Positions 1 through 7,406 of a stretch of 40,000 nucleotides of DNA are shown piece after piece. The translations under genes and the position numbers were made by a program. Where the stretch lies: NCBI GenBank assembly GCA_026398635.1, contig JAPLSM010000037.1, positions 1 to 40,000 on the forward strand. Direction: 5' to 3'. Source of the DNA: Spirochaetota bacterium. GTDB lineage: Bacteria; Spirochaetota; Spirochaetia; SZUA-6; Fen-1364. The notes beneath the pieces are model-generated. The model had not been told where the DNA came from and ran no database searches. It worked only from the letters and a program-made list of their open reading frames with translations. Every line of letters begins with the position of its first letter. Position 1 is the stretch's first letter.

Positions 1-94
1 CATCTGCTACCGATCCATCATCAACGCCACCGCGCGGAACCTGAAGATCGTCGACTCCGCCGACGTCTTCCTCGAGGACCCGGCCGAAGCATGA
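1..94 (+). CDS. 3' end of an unidentified protein-coding gene (5' part lies outside the window)
   Basis: Reading codons from nt 2 gives ...ICYRSIINATARNLKIVDSADVFLEDPAEA, then TGA at 92-94. 27 of 30 codons end in G/C, matching the high-GC coding style of most of the window. 30 aa is too short for a family call. Confidence 0.5.
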   Translation, partial: ICYRSIINATARNLKIVDSADVFLEDPAEA

Positions 95-258
95 CCAAGG
101 GCCACACCACGGCTGTCACGTGCACGCCGCCCTTCCTGGCAGCTCAGTGCACCTCAACTGGCAAGGAGAGCGTAAGCCAACCTGGCGGACTTTGGTAACC
201 GAAGCGGGCAGGCAACAGAATGAGTCGCTGAAGCCCTACATCCTTCATATTCGCCACT

Positions 259-1293
259 TTAGTCGCTCTTTTTCTTTTTTCCATCCTCATTGGAGGTTTC
301 CTGGGGCCTATGCAATAATCGCAAGGCGGCTGCGCCTACAAAAAAGGGGAACCAGATCGTCATGGTCCGGAAGACCAGGGTGATCAAAATCGCCTCTGTA
401 ATTGGAACCTTCAGTGTGTTCAATGCCGCAGGCATGATCCCATCTACAATCCCTACACCCGAGGGGGTGGGGGAGGCATAAAAGAACAGGTAACTGATGC
501 TGAAGCCCCCCACCAGAGTGCCGATGGTAAATGGTGTATTCAGTGCCAGGAACGTAGATGCCAGCACGCACAGGAGCAGCGCTTTGTTATTCAGGGTGAA
601 CAGGAACGGCCAGATCAGATTCTTGTGACTCCCCCGGATCGTTGCGATTCCCTCAGCCACTTCGTGGGAAAAATGGTATGCATTTTCGATCTTTAATACA
701 TCCCGATGAAGGAACGGTTTCAGGATACGGTTGACCAGCCGTGCTAACCAGGCCAGCACATTCCCCAGCTTCTCCGGAGCCTTGTAGCCCAGAACCAGCA
801 TGGCGCCATCTGCCAGTGCGATCACCAGCAGGAAACTGGCCGCGACCAACTCTCCTGCATTCAGATTGTTCCGCCGGATGAGTACAATAAACCCGAGCAG
901 GAGAATGCAAAAAAGGGCAGCATATTCATATACGAGATATAACACCCCGACCACCATCACACGCGCGGTGGAGATTTTGCGCCTCCTGGCAGCATCCAAA
1001 AAGACCGCGATACCACCCACGCCCGCGCTGGGTGCGATTAGATTGATAAAATTCGCCGCCGTCGTCAACAGGAATAACTGCCAGCGCTTCTCTTTCAACC
1101 CGACCAGGCGGTACAATGCGCCGAATGTTGAGGCATTATTGAACAAACAGATAATTTCGAACAGAAAAGCAACCAGAAGAAAGATGGGATTGCTTTTTTT
1201 AAGAACTTCCAGAATTTGTTCTAGTTCAGAAAAGCTGAATATGATAAAAGCTGCTGCCAGCAGTACGACAATGATGATGATAATTTTTTTCAT
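259..1293 (-). CDS. Polytopic membrane protein, UPF0104 / MprF-flippase-like (lysylphosphatidylglycerol synthase TM region) family
   Basis: 344-aa ORF with multiple hydrophobic helices (MKKIIIIIVVLLAAAFIIF..., ...APSAGVGGIAVFLDAARRRK..., ...PTPSGVGIVDGIMPAAL...) and a Lys-rich C-terminal tail. Family assigned from recollection of the domain, not a search. About 50% GC, unlike most of the window. Confidence 0.75.
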   Translation of the reverse strand: MKKIIIIIVVLLAAAFIIFSFSELEQILEVLKKSNPIFLLVAFLFEIICLFNNASTFGALYRLVGLKEKRWQLFLLTTAANFINLIAPSAGVGGIAVFLDAARRRKISTARVMVVGVLYLVYEYAALFCILLLGFIVLIRRNNLNAGELVAASFLLVIALADGAMLVLGYKAPEKLGNVLAWLARLVNRILKPFLHRDVLKIENAYHFSHEVAEGIATIRGSHKNLIWPFLFTLNNKALLLCVLASTFLALNTPFTIGTLVGGFSISYLFFYASPTPSGVGIVDGIMPAALNTLKVPITEAILITLVFRTMTIWFPFFVGAAALRLLHRPQETSNEDGKKKKSD

Positions 1294-1367
1294 TGTGGGA
1301 TTATACAGAAGATTTCGACGGTGATGTGCATCAAAAATACGCCCTATCCCCTTGTCCTCGCATCACA

Positions 1368-2099
1368 TTACTTGCCTTCTTTCGCCAGCCGGATTGCATC
1401 GGGTATGGCGTTTGCAATGAAAAAATACAGCAGCATCAATGCAAAGGCTGCAACGATTATATCATACACGCTGAAGGCGAGTTGCCCAAATACTCCAACT
1501 GTCAGCGACATGCTGTGTACCCCTCCAAAATACATGCCGGTATTTAATAGAATGGCGATCACGCGGAACTCGGTCGGACCCATCTTGTTGGATGATATTT
1601 TGAACTCCCCCATGACACACGTGCGCACGTACGCAAGCACGGAGAGCAGCAGGTAGCCGATCAAGGCCAGACAAGCGATGCTGAAGCTGACGTACGGTGT
1701 CAAGCCCAGTCCCAGGAAGATCATCAGCTCGTTGAAGGCATCTGTCGTGTGGTCGATAAAAAAACCAAAGATCGGGCGTTCGATATGCCGGTGACGCGCG
1801 ATGGTACCGTCCAGACTGTCTCCGAACCAGTTGATCACGAACCCCAGCGATGCAAACCACAAGAAGTTCCTGTTGATCATGCTCAAGGCATAACTGATCA
1901 TGATCACCAAAGCACCCAATATACCGATGACAGTGCAGACATCCGGGCTTACCCACGTCGGCAGGTTGGTTGTAAGCCATTTCAGCGCCGGCCTCTCCAA
2001 CGGGCCGAGCAGGCTGTCATTCACCCTTTTGTGCTTTGCAAAATCGTTCACGGGTTTTCTCCTTGGATGTTCAGCTTGGAACCCTGTCACCCTATTCAA
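1368..2099 (-). CDS. CDP-alcohol phosphatidyltransferase family protein
   Basis: 243-aa membrane ORF carrying the family signature DG-x2-AR...G-x3-D-x3-D as DSLDGTIARHRHIERPIFGFFIDHTTD. Its start abuts the stop of the upstream acyltransferase gene (2099/2100). Confidence 0.85.
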   Translation of the reverse strand: MNRVTGFQAEHPRRKPVNDFAKHKRVNDSLLGPLERPALKWLTTNLPTWVSPDVCTVIGILGALVIMISYALSMINRNFLWFASLGFVINWFGDSLDGTIARHRHIERPIFGFFIDHTTDAFNELMIFLGLGLTPYVSFSIACLALIGYLLLSVLAYVRTCVMGEFKISSNKMGPTEFRVIAILLNTGMYFGGVHSMSLTVGVFGQLAFSVYDIIVAAFALMLLYFFIANAIPDAIRLAKEGK

Positions 2100-3026
2100 T
2101 CATTGCATCCCGGTTTTGTTTGGGACCAGGTCCAATGCCTGCGGCCAGACTGGCAAAGAGATTGACCATTGTTGCGGAGCCTGTCGGATGAATCTCTCTG
2201 CTATGCCTAACACCTTTTCGGCGTTTTGGATCTCTTCTGTTGCCCGATCTCTATGGGGATCCATCTCGATCAAGTCGGATGTCAGCATATGATACTTACC
2301 ATCCGGTTGCAGGTTCGTAACGATGATCATCACCGGGACCTTGGCTTTGACCGCCAGGGAAATATGATGCATGGGGAGCGCAGCGGGCCGGCCAAAAAAA
2401 CGTGGATATACCTTCGGTGCCGGGATGGGACGGTCGATGCCGGTCATCACGACCCCTCCCTGCTGGAGATGCCTGAGCGCCTGGCGTAATGCAGCGAAGG
2501 AAGCCGGAACCAGGTTCATCCCGATTTTTTTCCGTACCTCATATTCCAGGCGCCGCCCACCCCGCGGATTGGGGATGGTAAGCACCAGGGGCCTAAACCC
2601 CTGCTGGATGAACCACTGCAGGGCAAGATCAAAATTGCTCAGGTGCAGCCCGACGAGCATCAGACCGCGCTTGTCAAATTCAGGCCGCCGGATCAATGCC
2701 TGGGAGGTAGGATCCAGAACGATCAGGTGTCCGGTTGCCTTGGGGTTTTGCATGTAGTGATACAGATCGAAGATGGAGCGGGTTGAATTACGAAGTGTCT
2801 CAAGCACAGCCTGGTCCAAAGCCCCCTTTTTCAGGGTTTCTCCACGGACGACCCACTGGTTGGCGCGCACCGCCTGGATCATTTTGGAATCCTGCCGATT
2901 GGCGATCCGTGCCGCTACAAGGTCGGTGAAGGCGTGCCCAAGGCGTAGCGGGAGTCCCCTCCCCAGGGCGGAGACCAGGCTGAGTACGAATCGACTGTCA
3001 TTCAAACGTTGGAGGTTAATGGTCAT
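2100..3026 (-). CDS. Lysophospholipid / lipid A-type acyltransferase (LpxL/HtrB, LABLAT-like family)
   Basis: 308-aa ORF with an H-x4-D acyltransferase motif (LVGLHLSNFDL) and overall resemblance to lauroyl/myristoyl acyltransferases. First gene of a three-gene minus-strand operon. Confidence 0.75.
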   Translation of the reverse strand: MTINLQRLNDSRFVLSLVSALGRGLPLRLGHAFTDLVAARIANRQDSKMIQAVRANQWVVRGETLKKGALDQAVLETLRNSTRSIFDLYHYMQNPKATGHLIVLDPTSQALIRRPEFDKRGLMLVGLHLSNFDLALQWFIQQGFRPLVLTIPNPRGGRRLEYEVRKKIGMNLVPASFAALRQALRHLQQGGVVMTGIDRPIPAPKVYPRFFGRPAALPMHHISLAVKAKVPVMIIVTNLQPDGKYHMLTSDLIEMDPHRDRATEEIQNAEKVLGIAERFIRQAPQQWSISLPVWPQALDLVPNKTGMQ

Positions 3027-3074
3027 GGGATGAACGTCCCTATTCGGGTAGCTTTTCTTCTCGCGGACACATTG

Positions 3075-3103
3075 ATTATATTTAAGTATTAATCTATGCG
3101 CAA
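3075..3103 (-). promoter_or_regulatory. Putative sigma70-type promoter of the lipid cassette
   Basis: On the minus strand: TTGCGC (3103-3098), 17-nt spacer, TATAAT (3080-3075), about 50 nt upstream of the ATG at 3026. It lies in an AT-rich stretch just after the T-tract that follows 5S rRNA. Confidence 0.45.
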
Positions 3104-3145
3104 CTGTGTGCGCACTGCGTTATCAACCGAAGGAAAATAGAAAAA

Positions 3146-3260
3146 GCCTGGCAACGACCTGCTCTCCCACCCACGAGGGGCAGTACCATCGGCGCGGCAG
3201 GGCTTAACTTCCGCGTTCGGGATGGGAACGGGTGGGACCCCTGCGCCATGGTCACCAGGC
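3146..3260 (-). rRNA. rrf: 5S ribosomal RNA, apparently intact (115 nt)
   Basis: The reverse complement reads GCCTGGTGACCATGGCGCAGGGGTCCCACCCGTTCCCATCCCGAACGCGGAAGTTAAGCCCTGCCGCGCCGATGGTACTGCCCCTCGTGGGTGGGAGAGCAGGTCGTTGCCAGGC. It has the canonical 5S blocks (CCGAAC..GAAGTTAAGC, GATGGTACTG, GGGAGAG.AGGTCG..GCCAGGC), a paired terminal helix GCCTGG/CCAGGC, and a following TTTTTCTATTTTCC. Confidence 0.93.
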
Positions 3261-3467
3261 ATTCAAATACACATCAGAGAAGGGAAGAAGAAGCTCGCGT
3301 CTGCCGCACATCGCTGTCGCGACCGACTCTGGCGATATCTCCCGCTCTCGCAACTTGCTGTCGCGAGTTGGGTTTGCAGCTGGCCGCTCTCGCACATCGC
3401 TTCTCGATGTGCTGTCGCGGCGGCCCACTGCTGCAGTCAGCATTCTTTGAAGGATAACGAAAAATAT
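3261..3467 (-). repeat. 23S-5S type spacer containing short direct repeats and hairpins
   Basis: In RNA sense GCGACAGC occurs three times. TGCGAGAGCGG occurs twice, each time downstream of a GCGACAGCA. A 7-bp hairpin CACATCG-agaag-CGATGTG is also present. Confidence 0.5.
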
Positions 3468-3563
3468 GGTCAAGCCTCACGGTGGATTAGTACTGGTCGG
3501 CTACACGCGTTGCCGCGCTTACACCTCCAGCCTATCAACCTGGTTTTCTCCCAGGTACCTTTC
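3468..3563 (-). rRNA. Orphan 3'-terminal fragment of 23S rRNA (about 96 nt, 4.5S-like); the rest of 23S is absent
   Basis: The reverse complement is GAAAGGTACCTGGGAGAAAACCAGGTTGATAGGCTGGAGGTGTAAGCGCGGCAACGCGTGTAGCCGACCAGTACTAATCCACCGTGAGGCTTGACC. It aligns with the last ~100 nt of bacterial 23S (E. coli, recalled from memory: ...GTTGATAGGCCGGGTGTGTAAGCGCAGCGATGCGTTGAGCTAACCGGTACTAATGAACCGTGAGGCTTAACCTT). Immediately upstream, in transcript sense, is the 3' end of tRNA-Arg rather than 23S sequence. Confidence 0.8.
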
Positions 3564-3637
3564 CGCGTCCAGCCGGACTCGAACCGGCGGCCCACAGCTT
3601 AGAAGGCTGTTGCTCTATCCAGCTGAGCTATGGACGC
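3564..3637 (-). tRNA. tRNA-Arg (anticodon UCU), 74 nt, CCA not encoded
   Basis: Reverse complement: GCGTCCA TA GCTC AGCTGGATA GAGC A ACAGC CTTCTAA GCTGT GGGCC GCCGG TTCGAGT CCGGC TGGACGC G. This is a full cloverleaf with a 7-bp acceptor stem and a GTTCGAGT T-loop; the anticodon loop CT-TCT-AA gives TCT. Confidence 0.9.
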
Positions 3638-3641
3638 ACGG

Positions 3642-3714
3642 TCGGGATGAGAGGATTCGAACCTCCGCTCTCCTGCTCCCAAAGCAGGCGCCTTAGCCGC
3701 TAGGCTACATCCCG
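3642..3714 (-). tRNA. tRNA-Pro (anticodon UGG), 73 nt
   Basis: Reverse complement: CGGGATG TA GCCT AGCGGCTA AGGC G CCTGC TTTGGGA GCAGG AGAGC GGAGG TTCGAAT CCTCT CATCCCG A. The acceptor CGGGATG/CATCCCG pairs and the anticodon loop TT-TGG-GA gives TGG. It lies 4 nt upstream of tRNA-Arg. Confidence 0.9.
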
Positions 3715-3859
3715 AAGGGCGGCAGCCATCTGCGCAGCAGATGGCATGAGCCCCGAATTCCCCATCCGCAACATGCGGAGCACATTGTGGAAGGGTGGCC
3801 ACTCCGTAGCCTATGCGCGCGGAGCGAGCGGGTCAAGGTTGCGAGGCTGTTGCGGGTGG

Positions 3860-4342
3860 CTACTCCCCGGTCACGGCCTTGAGGAACTTCGCACGGTCGG
3901 CGCCTTCCTTCAGGATCACGAGCAGGGTGTCGTCGCCGCCCACCGTGCCGAGCGCCTCGGAGACCTTCAGCTGGTCGATGGCGTAGGCGATACCGGGCGC
4001 GTACCCCATCTTCGTCTTCACCACGGCGAGGTTGCCCGAGAACTGGATGGCGATGATCTCCCGGCGCAGGTCGTCCAGGATGAATGGGTCCTGGGTGGAC
4101 TCTTTCGGCGCATCGACGGTGTAGACGTACTCGCCGCTCCTGTCCGGCACGCGGGCGACGCTGAGGAACTTGAGGTCCCGGGACAGGGTAGCCTGGGTCA
4201 CCGTGACCCCCTCCTTCCCGAGCCGCTTCAGCAGTGCCTCCTGGCTGTGGATCTTCTCGCTGTGCAGGATCTGCTGGATCAGGCGACGCCTGGATTCCTG
4301 GCTCTTCAGGGTGGTGCCCTCCTTCGTGCCTTCGCTGAGCAT
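3860..4342 (-). CDS. argR: Arginine repressor ArgR
   Basis: 160-aa ORF. The N-terminal winged-helix region (RRRLIQQILHSEKIHSQEALLKRLGKEGVTVTQATLSRDLKFL) and C-terminal oligomerisation/arginine-binding region (GTVGGDDTLLVILKEG) are typical of ArgR/AhrC. Confidence 0.9.
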   Translation of the reverse strand: MLSEGTKEGTTLKSQESRRRLIQQILHSEKIHSQEALLKRLGKEGVTVTQATLSRDLKFLSVARVPDRSGEYVYTVDAPKESTQDPFILDDLRREIIAIQFSGNLAVVKTKMGYAPGIAYAIDQLKVSEALGTVGGDDTLLVILKEGADRAKFLKAVTGE

Positions 4343-4370
4343 AATTATAGCGGAGTTCTATAAAGATGCA
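4341..4370 (-). promoter_or_regulatory. AT-rich palindromic tract at the argR start codon; possible ARG-box-like autoregulatory operator
   Basis: The plus strand reads ATAATTATAGCGGAGTTCTATAAAGATGCA, a stretch of roughly 70% A+T in a 70% GC genome. It contains the perfect palindrome ATAATTAT and TGCAT/ATAGAA half-site-like words. No species-specific ARG-box consensus is available to me. Confidence 0.3.
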
Positions 4371-4453
4371 CAGGCGGGGCACCAACCGTCAAGCGCGGGG
4401 AACGGGCAAGGCGCAAAACCCGAGGCTGCGTGCTTGCCCGCCTCTGTCATGCG

Positions 4454-4879
4454 CTACCCGTACACCAGCTTCCCGCCGAGATACCCGAGCGTCATCACGA
4501 GGCCGAAGCAGATCACATAAAGCACGATCGACAGCACGAAGCCCAGCCGGCCCTTACGGGACACGAACAGCGCTACGAACAGCAGCACGAACAGCGCGGC
4601 GGCCAGTCCGATCTTCCAGCCGATCTCGGGCATCCACGCGCCGCCCATGCGGTGCTGCCAGTCCATGTACCCGAGCAGCGCGGTGGGAAGAACGCCCACC
4701 AGCGCGAGCACCGCGGCGTGCCATCCGGAGAGCCTCAGCTTCTCACGGCCGAAGATGACGGCGATGAGGGTGAAGACCAGCGCGCCAATGGTCAGGCCCA
4801 CGGGGATGTGCGTGATCGGAGGGTGGATGGGGTGCGTGTACCCGATGCCCTCCAGGAAATCATAAACCGACTGGAACAT
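4454..4879 (-). CDS. Small integral membrane protein (DUF2231-like)
   Basis: The ORF 4454..4921 is most plausibly initiated at the internal Met (MFQSVYDFLEGIGYTHPIHPPITHIPVGL...). There are four hydrophobic helices, and the HP(P)xxHxP opening is typical of the DUF2231 family as I recall it. Confidence 0.6.
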   Translation of the reverse strand: MFQSVYDFLEGIGYTHPIHPPITHIPVGLTIGALVFTLIAVIFGREKLRLSGWHAAVLALVGVLPTALLGYMDWQHRMGGAWMPEIGWKIGLAAALFVLLFVALFVSRKGRLGFVLSIVLYVICFGLVMTLGYLGGKLVYG

Positions 4880-4977
4880 GGATCCGTCCTCCTCGTGCCC
4901 CCGGTATAGAGCAGCAGGCACGGAAAAGCAAGGCCGGATTGCGGGCGTGCGAACGCAGGGATAGACTGGCCCCGGCC

Positions 4978-6714
4978 ATGGACAATCGAGACATCGCAGC
5001 AGTATTGAGAGAGATCGCGGTCTTCAACGACCTCTCCGGTGGGAACACGTTCAAGTCCCGGGCATTCGAGGCAGTCGCCCGGACCGTGGAGAAGCTGCCG
5101 GAAAGCCTCGCGGATCTTGTTGCGCAGGACCGTCTCTCCGAGGTGAAGGGTGTCGGCAAGGGCACCGAGCAGGTCATCCGCGAGCTCCTCGCCACGGGCG
5201 CCTCGTCCGAACTCGCGAAGCTTAAAGCAAGCTTCCCACCGGGCATCACCGACCTGCTGTCTCTTTCGGGCATGGGTCCGAAACGGGTGAAGGCCGTGTA
5301 CGAACGGCTCGGGGTGTCCACGATCAAAGCGCTCGAGTCGGCCTGCCGGGAGGGCCGGGTCGCGGAGCTCGACGGGTTCGGCGACAAGACCCAGGCGAAA
5401 ATCCTCAAGGCGATCGAGTACGTGAAGACAACGGTCGGCCAGCGCCTCTACAGCGAGGCGCTCGCGATCGGCGGTGAGCTCTCCCGCCTCTGCGGAGACT
5501 CCGGCCTCTTCGCCCGGGTGGATTTCGCCGGCAGCCTGAGGCGCGGCAAGCACGTGTTCAAGGACATCGATCTCCTGCTTGTGCCTGCACGGGACAATAC
5601 CGGCGCAGAGGTGCAGGCGTTCCTCGCCTCGCTCGCGGACCCCGATGGCCTCATCGGCGCGGGACCCACAAAGGTCTCGATCCGTCGCACGGGGCTGCAG
5701 GTGGACTTCCGGGTGGTGCCGCCCGGCTCGTGGCCGGCAGCCCTGCAGCACTTTACCGGCTCGAAGGAGCACAACACTGCCCTGCGGTCGCGCGCGAAGA
5801 CCCTCGGGCTCAAGATGAACGAGTACGGAGTGTACGACGCTTCCGGCGCGGCGCTCCCGCTGGACGACGAGGCGTCGGTGTACCGGTCCGTCGGGCTCGA
5901 CTGGATCCCGCCCGAGATCCGGGAAGCTGACGGCGAGATCGAGGCAGCCGCAGCAGGCGCGCTTCCCGTTCTGGTGGAGCCGGGTGATTTCCGGGGCATG
6001 GTCCACGTGCATTCCACATGGTCCGACGGGACCTGCAGCGTGAAGGAGCTGGCGCGCGGGTGCATCGCGCGCGGCCTCGAGTGGATGTGTCTCAGCGACC
6101 ATTCCCGGTCGGCCGGCTATGCCGGCGGCCTGTCCGATGAACGCCTGCGCGAGCAGGCCTCGGAGGTCGCGGCCCTCAACCGGAAGATCGCGCCCTTCAG
6201 GATCTTCCACGGCATCGAGAGCGACATCCTCGGCGACGGCAGTCTCGATTACCCCGACGAGGTGCTCGCCGGGCTGGACTTCGTGATCGGCTCCGTTCAC
6301 GCGAAGCTCGGCATGGGACGCGACGAAGCCACCGCCCGTCTCGTCGCCGCGATCGCGCATCCCCGGCTCACCATGCTCGGCCACCCTGGCGGCGGGCTGC
6401 TGCTGTCGCGGGAGGGCTACCCGTGGGACGAGCAGAAGGTGCTGGCCGCCCTGGCAGACCGCGGGGTGGTGCTGGAGCACAACTGCAACCCGCACCGGCT
6501 GGACCCAGGGTGGCAGGTCCTGAAGCGCGCCCGCGAGAAGGGTGTCCTGGTCTCCGTCAACCCTGATGCGCACGACCTCGAGGGCTTCGACGACGTGCGC
6601 TTCGGCGTCATCATGGCGCGCAAGGCCTGGCTCGGCAGGCGGGACGTGCTCAACACCAGGACGGTAGAGGAGATCGATGCGTACTTCGCGCAGCGACGGG
6701 GCCGCGGGCGCTGA
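4978..6714 (+). CDS. polX: Family X DNA polymerase with C-terminal PHP phosphoesterase domain (PolX)
   Basis: N-terminal Pol-beta-like HhH repeats (GVGKGTEQVI, GMGPKRVKAVY, GFGDKTQAKI), a nucleotidyltransferase core (GSLRRGKHVFKDIDLLLV) and PHP His/Asp motifs (VHVHSTWSDG, LSDHS, GIESDI, GSVHA). Start chosen at MDNRDIAAVL (ORF opens at 4939). TTGCGG-17-TAGACT ends 10 nt upstream. Confidence 0.9.
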   Translation: MDNRDIAAVLREIAVFNDLSGGNTFKSRAFEAVARTVEKLPESLADLVAQDRLSEVKGVGKGTEQVIRELLATGASSELAKLKASFPPGITDLLSLSGMGPKRVKAVYERLGVSTIKALESACREGRVAELDGFGDKTQAKILKAIEYVKTTVGQRLYSEALAIGGELSRLCGDSGLFARVDFAGSLRRGKHVFKDIDLLLVPARDNTGAEVQAFLASLADPDGLIGAGPTKVSIRRTGLQVDFRVVPPGSWPAALQHFTGSKEHNTALRSRAKTLGLKMNEYGVYDASGAALPLDDEASVYRSVGLDWIPPEIREADGEIEAAAAGALPVLVEPGDFRGMVHVHSTWSDGTCSVKELARGCIARGLEWMCLSDHSRSAGYAGGLSDERLREQASEVAALNRKIAPFRIFHGIESDILGDGSLDYPDEVLAGLDFVIGSVHAKLGMGRDEATARLVAAIAHPRLTMLGHPGGGLLLSREGYPWDEQKVLAALADRGVVLEHNCNPHRLDPGWQVLKRAREKGVLVSVNPDAHDLEGFDDVRFGVIMARKAWLGRRDVLNTRTVEEIDAYFAQRRGRGR

Positions 6715-7351
6715 GGGCCGGGCAGCCCTCGGGCGCCGGGCACGCCGGATCGCCGACGTGCTCGCGAAGGAGTACCCCGATGCCGGGTGCGCCCTCGACC
6801 ACCGGGGGCCATTCGAACTGCTCGTCGCCACGATCCTCGCCGCCCAATGCACCGACGAGCGGGTGAACCAGGTCACGCCCGCGCTGTTCGCGCGGTTCCC
6901 CGACGCCACCTCCCTGGCGGCGGCCGACCCCGCGGAACTGGAGTCGCTCGTTCGGTCCACCGGGTTCTTCCGGGCCAAGGCGCGGAGCCTCCGGGGAGCC
7001 GCGGAGACTCTGGCCAGTCGGTTCGCGGACGGCTTCCCCTCCCGCATGGATGACCTCCTCACCCTGCCCGGCGTGGGCCGCAAAACCGCCAACGTGGTGC
7101 TGGGCACCTGCTTCGGGCAGCCGGCGATCATCGTGGACACCCACGTGCGCCGCGTGTCGCAGCGTCTCGGTCTCGCGTCCACGGATGACCCCGACGAGAT
7201 CGAGCGGCAACTGCAGGACCTGCTGCCCGCAGACGGCTGGACCGATTTCTCTCACCGGCTCACGTTCCATGGCCGGCGGCGGTGCCACGCGCGGAAACCC
7301 GACTGCGGTCAGTGTGTCGTCGCCGGGCTGTGCCCGTCCCACGTCGTGTGA
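6677..7351 (+). CDS. nth: Endonuclease III (DNA glycosylase / AP lyase)
   Basis: HhH-GPD motif LLTLPGVGRKTANVVL and the C-terminal 4Fe-4S loop C-x6-C-x2-C-x5-C (CHARKPDCGQCVVAGLC). Overlaps the polX 3' end by 38 nt; the exact start is uncertain. Confidence 0.9.
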   Translation: MRTSRSDGAAGAEGRAALGRRARRIADVLAKEYPDAGCALDHRGPFELLVATILAAQCTDERVNQVTPALFARFPDATSLAAADPAELESLVRSTGFFRAKARSLRGAAETLASRFADGFPSRMDDLLTLPGVGRKTANVVLGTCFGQPAIIVDTHVRRVSQRLGLASTDDPDEIERQLQDLLPADGWTDFSHRLTFHGRRRCHARKPDCGQCVVAGLCPSHVV

Positions 7352-7406
7352 AGTTGCTCTCACGACCTGTAAATTGCTATCTTTGCCGTAAGGAGGGCAC
7401 CTGCCC

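Noticed and set aside
181-208. Direct repeat of the tRNA-Arg 3' end, marking an att site for the low-GC cassette
   Set aside because: CCTGGCGGACTTTGGTAACCGAAGCGGG resembles CCAGCCGGACTCGAACCGGCGGCC only loosely, needs gaps, and no integrase is nearby.
1-3700. Simple two-genome assembly chimera joined inside the rRNA region
   Set aside because: High-GC, GC3-biased coding sequence is present on both sides of the low-GC block (nt 2-94 and beyond 3700), so two precise joins would be required. The junction at 3563/3564 is not inside a conserved rRNA stretch shared by both sides. This cannot be fully excluded without reads.
3725-3745. Perfect 9-bp hairpin GCCATCTGC-gca-GCAGATGGC as the argR terminator
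   Set aside because: It has no adjacent U-tract on the minus strand and lies only about 10 nt upstream of tRNA-Pro. Its function (terminator, processing site or nothing) cannot be decided from sequence.
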